Part shown: piece after piece, positions 33,571 through 37,622 of the stretch
Layout: every line of letters begins with the position of its first letter
Position numbering within the stretch: the first letter of the stretch is position 1
Source: a virus
UHGV virus genome: UHGV-0369712
Length of the DNA stretch: 37,622 nt
Direction: 5' to 3' (one strand)
Translations under genes and position numbers: made by a program
Notes under the pieces: generated by a model
What the model was told of the DNA's origin: nothing
The model's input: the letters and a program-made list of their open reading frames with translations, nothing else
Database searches by the model: none

Positions 33571-34754
33571 CAGGCACCTCCCAGCACCGCAAATGCGGGA
33601 CCAAAGAATTCATCAGTAAACGACTGGTAAAGCTCCATGTCTTCCAGCGGGGGAACAGGCGTATATTTGTAGCGAATACGCACGCGCCCCTGACGTAAAT
33701 TCGTGGTGCTGTTATCCACGATGTCATACCAGCACTCCGCGCCAATCAGTTTCCCGGCAGTAACCAGTGAATCCAGTTTTGCCCTGATGGCACTGATAAC
33801 ATCTTTCACGTTCGCAGGCGTCAGTGGACTGTCGATGGTTTCAAACTGCGCTTCCGCAATTGAATCAGCCAGCACCTGTGCGGTTCGGGTATACACCTCA
33901 AAGATGTAGGCGTTCGTTTCCGGTGTGCGGTTGCCCCAGAAGCGGAACCCGTTGCGACGAATAATGGTCGTGATTTCTTTGTTGTTGAGGCTGTTGGCAT
34001 CACTGTCTTCGGCCTGCAACGACCAGAACACATGCCTGGACATCCCCAGCACATTTTTAACCGGAACGTTGGACAGCGATTTGTGCCAGCCCTGCTCATG
34101 GTCAATGTACGCACGAAGGCCGCACGCATAGGCAGGCGCGGGGAACGTTTCGTTTTTGCCACTTTTCGGGTTGTAGGCGATGAAGTCCGGCCATAAGAGC
34201 ATCACCTCACGCTCGTTGAATTTCTGGCGGTAGGTAATCGCCTCAGCCATCGTGTTGCAGCCGTGACATGAGGCATACACAAACGCGCGCAGTTTACCCG
34301 CAATCACGCACAGGGATTTTGTTACCGCCTCCGTGTCCAGCTCCGGCGCGGCCAGAATACGCGGACGGTATCCGATGCTTTCATCCTGCTCTGCAACAAG
34401 CAGCGCATACATCCCCGTATAGCTGCCGTCATCCTCAGAACCACCGATAACCAGTTGATCCTGCGTCTTTCCGTCTTCTTCTTTGTGTTCAGCCACGCGA
34501 ACGACGATCACCTTTGTGCTCACCTGGTCTGCGATGGCCTTAAGCGCACGATAAAGCGTCCCCGTTGTTCCGCATTTTCCCAGCACGTCATTGACGCGGG
34601 TCAGCAGTGTGGGCTTGTTCAGCGGGAACAGCTCCGCATCCGCATCATCCGCCGTTGCCACGATACCGATAACACTGGAATCAACATCATTAATCGCTGT
34701 TACCAGGTCGGTACTTTCCGTAACACGGGCACCATGAAAACGAGTTTCACTCAT
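33570..34754 (-). CDS. FI: tail sheath protein (P2 gpFI-like)
   Basis: 394 aa; ATADDADAELFPLNKP, KLRAF.Y, WPDF, IRRNGFRFWGNRT, YTPVPPLE resemble P2 FI. Confidence 0.9.
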   Translation of the reverse strand: MSETRFHGARVTESTDLVTAINDVDSSVIGIVATADDADAELFPLNKPTLLTRVNDVLGKCGTTGTLYRALKAIADQVSTKVIVVRVAEHKEEDGKTQDQLVIGGSEDDGSYTGMYALLVAEQDESIGYRPRILAAPELDTEAVTKSLCVIAGKLRAFVYASCHGCNTMAEAITYRQKFNEREVMLLWPDFIAYNPKSGKNETFPAPAYACGLRAYIDHEQGWHKSLSNVPVKNVLGMSRHVFWSLQAEDSDANSLNNKEITTIIRRNGFRFWGNRTPETNAYIFEVYTRTAQVLADSIAEAQFETIDSPLTPANVKDVISAIRAKLDSLVTAGKLIGAECWYDIVDNSTTNLRQGRVRIRYKYTPVPPLEDMELYQSFTDEFFGPAFAVLGGA

Positions 34755-34902
34755 AGCTTCAGCCCCTTGTATCCGTTAAATGATTCAGCAACAATCATCA
34801 CCCACCACGCGCGTAATCTCACCCCTGCGCTATTCTCCCGCCACGGCGACAACAAAAAGCAGTAACCCACTCCGCACGCACATGCGACCATGCCGCACAG
34901 GG
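34755..34902. promoter_or_regulatory. divergent intergenic region that must hold promoters for the leftward FI operon and rightward D
   Basis: 148-bp non-coding gap between divergent FI and D starts; inferred from gene arrangement; no consensus element confidently read. Confidence 0.35.
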
Positions 34903-36021
34903 AGGGAACAGATGACCGACACCACCATGCAATTGCTCAGTCAGGGCACAGACCCCGTGAAAATGCCGGATTTTGATATTCTCGCGGAGGGTAAAACGCT
35001 GTCCGGCGTGGCAGAGCGCCTGATGAGCCTGTCGCTGACCGACAACCGGGGATTTGAGGCGGACCAGCTCACCATCACGCTGGATGATGCCGATGGCCAG
35101 TTGCAGCTACCGCCACGGGGCGCGCGTCTGACGGTTCTCATTGGCTGGAAAGGGGAACCGCTGACAGAAAAAGGCACTTACATTGTTGATGAAATCGCTC
35201 ACGAAGGACCGCCGGACAGGCTGACTGTTTCAGCCAGAAGCGCAGATTTTCGGGATGAATTTAACGTTAAACGTGAGGTGTCCTGGCATGATGTGACCGT
35301 TGAGCGTGTGGTATCCGCCATCGCTCATCGGTACGGTCTGAAACCACAAATCAGCGAAATGCTGATGGATATCGAAATCGACCACGCCGACCAGACCGAA
35401 GAAAGCGACATGTCCTTTCTTACGCGCATGGCGGAAATGCTGGGCGCAATCACCACGGTAAAAAGCGGTAATCTGTTATTCATTATGCCAGGCGGTGGCG
35501 TGAACGCACAGGGCCAGCCGTTGCCATCGTTCGCCATCACGCGCAGCAGTGGCGATCGCCATCAGTTCCGCATTGCTGACCGCGAAGCGTATACGGGGGT
35601 ACGCGCTTACTGGCTTGATCTTAATTACGGGAAAAAGAAAAAAGTCAGCGTGAAACGCCGCAAACCACCAAAACCCAAAAAGGAGAAAAGCAGCAGCCGT
35701 GAAGGTGATTATATGGAAGGTGCGGAAGGCAATGTGTTTGTGTTACGCAAGACTTATCAGAACGAGCAGGCAGCAAGACGCGCAGCGGCGGCAAAGTGGC
35801 AGCAGCTACAACGCGGAGCCGCATCATTCTCCATCACACTGGCACGTGGACGCGCAGAACTCTACCCCGAAATGCATGGCACGGTAACAGGATTTAAAAG
35901 CGAGATTGATAATCAGGACTGGATTATTGCAAAAGCCGAGCACACCATTGATAACAGTGGCTTTACCACACAGCTTGAGCTTGAGGCAAAAATCCCGGAA
36001 TGGATAGCGGAAACAGAGTGA
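34903..36021 (+). CDS. D: tail protein D (P2 gpD-like)
   Basis: 372 aa from MTDTTMQLLSQGTDP; LSLTDNRGFEADQL, SARSADFR, WHD resemble P2 D; lysine-rich central linker; GGGAGGG RBS before 34903. Confidence 0.85.
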   Translation, partial: REQMTDTTMQLLSQGTDPVKMPDFDILAEGKTLSGVAERLMSLSLTDNRGFEADQLTITLDDADGQLQLPPRGARLTVLIGWKGEPLTEKGTYIVDEIAHEGPPDRLTVSARSADFRDEFNVKREVSWHDVTVERVVSAIAHRYGLKPQISEMLMDIEIDHADQTEESDMSFLTRMAEMLGAITTVKSGNLLFIMPGGGVNAQGQPLPSFAITRSSGDRHQFRIADREAYTGVRAYWLDLNYGKKKKVSVKRRKPPKPKKEKSSSREGDYMEGAEGNVFVLRKTYQNEQAARRAAAAKWQQLQRGAASFSITLARGRAELYPEMHGTVTGFKSEIDNQDWIIAKAEHTIDNSGFTTQLELEAKIPEWIAETE

Positions 36022-36063
36022 GGAACTTAGAATAGCGACAGCACCACGTTAAGGGAGGTCGCT

Positions 36064-36324
36064 ATGTTCCGTTGTCCGCTTTGTGGCGCATCTGCCCGTA
36101 TCCGCACCAGTCGTCCGGAAAATGATTCAAACACCGTGCGGCAAAAGTATTACCAGTGTAACAATCTGGAATGCGGCGTATGCTTCTCAACACTGGAAGC
36201 TTTCCATAAATTCACATCAAAACACGCCTCCGGCGTTCACTCTTCAGAAGGTATCCCGTGGCATGAGCTGCCAGCTTCACACAGGGGAAACAATCAGATG
36301 AGTTTGCCTTTATCTCAGAATTAA
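36064..36324 (+). CDS. ogr: late transcription activator, Ogr/Delta zinc-finger family
   Basis: 86 aa; MFRCPLCGASARIRTSR...YYQCNNLECG gives the C-x2-C...C-x4-C zinc finger characteristic of P2 Ogr / 186 B. Confidence 0.85.
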   Translation: MFRCPLCGASARIRTSRPENDSNTVRQKYYQCNNLECGVCFSTLEAFHKFTSKHASGVHSSEGIPWHELPASHRGNNQMSLPLSQN

Positions 36325-36345
36325 CAAGCAGAATTGCCGGAGTAA

Positions 36346-36460
36346 CAAAAAAGCGATAGATTACGCGCGGGTGCCTTTCGGCTGATGGTCGGAGGGAATA
36401 CCCGAAGGCCAGATGTGGAAAGGCCCCGGAAAACATTTCTGTTTAACCGAGGCCCTAACC
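36346..36460 (+). repeat. copy A of a ~105-115-nt conserved element (leader of the hok-like gene)
   Basis: About 75% identical to 37360-37463 (shared blocks AAAAAAG.ATAGA, CCTTT.GG.GGATGGT.GGAGG, GTTTAACC.AGGCCCTA). Confidence 0.55.
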
Positions 36461-36597
36461 GTCTAACCTTAGCAAGTGATAGGTTAGCGCCTCTCCAACA
36501 AAGGAGCAAGCGCTATGTCGCAAAAATCGCTTACGGCCATCACGTTCTGCGTGACGGTAATCCTCATCATCTGGATGCTGCACGGTTCGCTGTGTGA
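36385..36597 (+). CDS. mok-like overlapping reading frame (candidate translational-coupling ORF for the hok-like toxin)
   Basis: 70-aa ORF starting in the leader and overlapping the toxin ORF out of frame, as in hok/mok loci; coding status uncertain. Confidence 0.3.
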   Translation: MVGGNTRRPDVERPRKTFLFNRGPNRLTLASDRLAPLQQRSKRYVAKIAYGHHVLRDGNPHHLDAARFAV

Positions 36598-36655
36598 AAT
36601 ACGGATGAGCTTCTGGGGAGCGGAGTTTGCGGCGTTCTTACAGTGTAAGCAGTAA
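36515..36655 (+). CDS. Hok/Gef-family type I toxin (46 aa membrane peptide)
   Basis: MSQKSLTAITFCVTVILIIWMLHGSLCEIRMSFWGAEFAAFLQCKQ: N-terminal TM helix then ...SLCEIR...(E)FAAF..., matching the conserved Hok core; AAGGAG RBS 5 nt upstream; under the ORF-track size cutoff. Confidence 0.55.
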   Translation: MSQKSLTAITFCVTVILIIWMLHGSLCEIRMSFWGAEFAAFLQCKQ

Positions 36656-36743
36656 GGAAACCGCGACGGGGAGGCAACTCCCCGTCAATCGGTTGCTAGG
36701 GTAAGGCCGATAAGGCACCCTATCTCATAGGCATGAATAACAA

Positions 36744-36776
36744 CCCCGCAGCGTAAAAACTGCGGGGTTTCTTTTT
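36744..36776 (+). terminator. rho-independent terminator (bidirectional-capable) after the hok-like locus
   Basis: CCCCGCAGCGTAAAAACTGCGGGG hairpin followed by TTTCTTTTT. Confidence 0.65.
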
Positions 36777-36844
36777 GGAACTCTCACTAGCTAGTGAGGC
36801 GTTAACTGCACATAATGCTCGCACAACAAATCAGTTAAAAGAGA

Positions 36845-37126
36845 TTACTCAGCATTCTCCTGCTTCCATTGCCGGATCATTTCATCGGTAACATCACTTT
36901 CATAACATACCACGTCATACCCTCCAGTACGGCTATATGCACTGCGTCCACCACATCTACTACCATTCCTTGCATGATTATACGGACACGCACAATTGCC
37001 TGGATAAGATTCAATGGATTCTTTAATTATTTCTTTCTTGATCTGAGCATCTGACTTTCCTGTTGCTGCATACCCACTAAAAGATACCAAACAAAGGCAG
37101 ATTGCCATTAATAAACCACATCGCAT
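36845..37126 (-). CDS. small secreted cysteine-containing protein, function unknown
   Basis: Preferred start MRCGLLMAICLCLVSFSGYAA (signal-peptide-like), about 93 aa; the longer track ORF (to 37240) has a non-signal N-terminus; AT-rich. Confidence 0.45.
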   Translation of the reverse strand: MRCGLLMAICLCLVSFSGYAATGKSDAQIKKEIIKESIESYPGNCACPYNHARNGSRCGGRSAYSRTGGYDVVCYESDVTDEMIRQWKQENAE

Positions 37127-37359
37127 ACCGATACACTCTATTACTAACCAATCATAGCCCACATCATAAAATCGAGATGAGGAGTACAACACCTTTAACA
37201 AGAAGGTGCCATCACGATAATATGCCGTGCAATTCATCAAAAAAAAGATCTATATCAAAGAGATAGAGTTATTATCAGTGCTGCAGACATCAGCATTCGA
37301 GGCAGCAGAAAGACAGTAAATCTAACGAATTTGTCTTTTTCTCAGGATGTTGTCAGATT

Positions 37360-37463
37360 AAAAAAGATAGAGTAGCGCAGACACCTTTTGGTGGATGGTA
37401 GGAGGAAAAATGAAGTTGAGTGGGAAGATCCCAGAAAAAACTTTGGTTTAACCAAGGCCCTAG
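37360..37463 (+). repeat. copy B of the ~105-nt conserved element, without an obvious downstream hok-like ORF in the window
   Basis: Aligns with 36346-36460 block by block; the downstream 160 nt encode no Hok-like peptide in any plus frame. Confidence 0.5.
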
Positions 37464-37606
37464 TTCAATATGCGAAATGCAGATGAGTTGCAAGAGAGTT
37501 TTGCTTCACCCTTAGAGTTTAAACAGACGTGTACTATTATTATTTCTGCATATCGCCACACCATCGCCACTTTACCGCCATTTAACAAAATACAAATACA
37601 AAAAAA

Positions 37607-37622
37607 CCACCCGAAGGTGGTT
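37607..37622 (-). terminator. hairpin plus T-run at the window edge (terminator for a minus-strand gene lying to the right)
   Basis: Minus strand reads AACCACCTTCGGGTGGTTTTTTT; truncated by the window end. Confidence 0.4.

Noticed and set aside
36783-36798. Perfect 16-bp palindrome CTCACTAGCTAGTGAG
   Set aside because: Isolated, loop-less, between a terminator and the 3' end of a minus-strand gene; could be a restriction-site-like sequence or part of a terminator; no supporting context.
37471-37622. Searched for a second Hok-like ORF downstream of leader copy B
   Set aside because: No plus-strand frame encodes a TM helix followed by an LCEIR-type motif; the window ends at 37622, so a toxin gene further right cannot be excluded.

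Overview
This window is almost entirely one P2/186-family (Peduovirus-like) prophage from an enterobacterium, in prophage order starting at a tRNA-Leu(UAA) 3' fragment (att core, 45-99) next to a tyrosine integrase. Left to right: int and two lysogen-side accessory genes (secreted 115 aa, membrane-anchored 216 aa); an XRE-family repressor with a divergent promoter/operator; an early rightward operon (RHH Cro-like, Cox-like, many small ORFs); a structured untranslated region; the rolling-circle replicase A; a low-GC two-gene cassette (AAA+ ATPase plus S8 subtilase) in the tin/old accessory slot; then portal Q, terminase P, scaffold O, capsid N, small terminase M, L, X, a lysis cassette (holin, M15 endolysin, nested spanins), tail completion and baseplate genes R, S, V, W, J, I, and tail fibre H/G. 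H/G carry a Mu G-segment-like invertible switch (alternative G' and promoterless Hv' cassette, 26-bp gix-like inverted repeats, Gin-like invertase). The tail operon FI-FII-E/E'-T-U lies on the opposite strand to D and ogr, unlike canonical P2. Beyond ogr are a Hok/Gef-like type I toxin locus, a small secreted protein and a duplicated ~105-nt element. The right att and the intact tRNA are not inside the window. The most likely accessory or defence candidates are the AAA ATPase/S8 protease pair (IetAS-like architecture) and the repressor-linked membrane/secreted pair. All homology statements are from reading the ORF translations and from memory of P2, 186 and Mu proteins; no database search was run.
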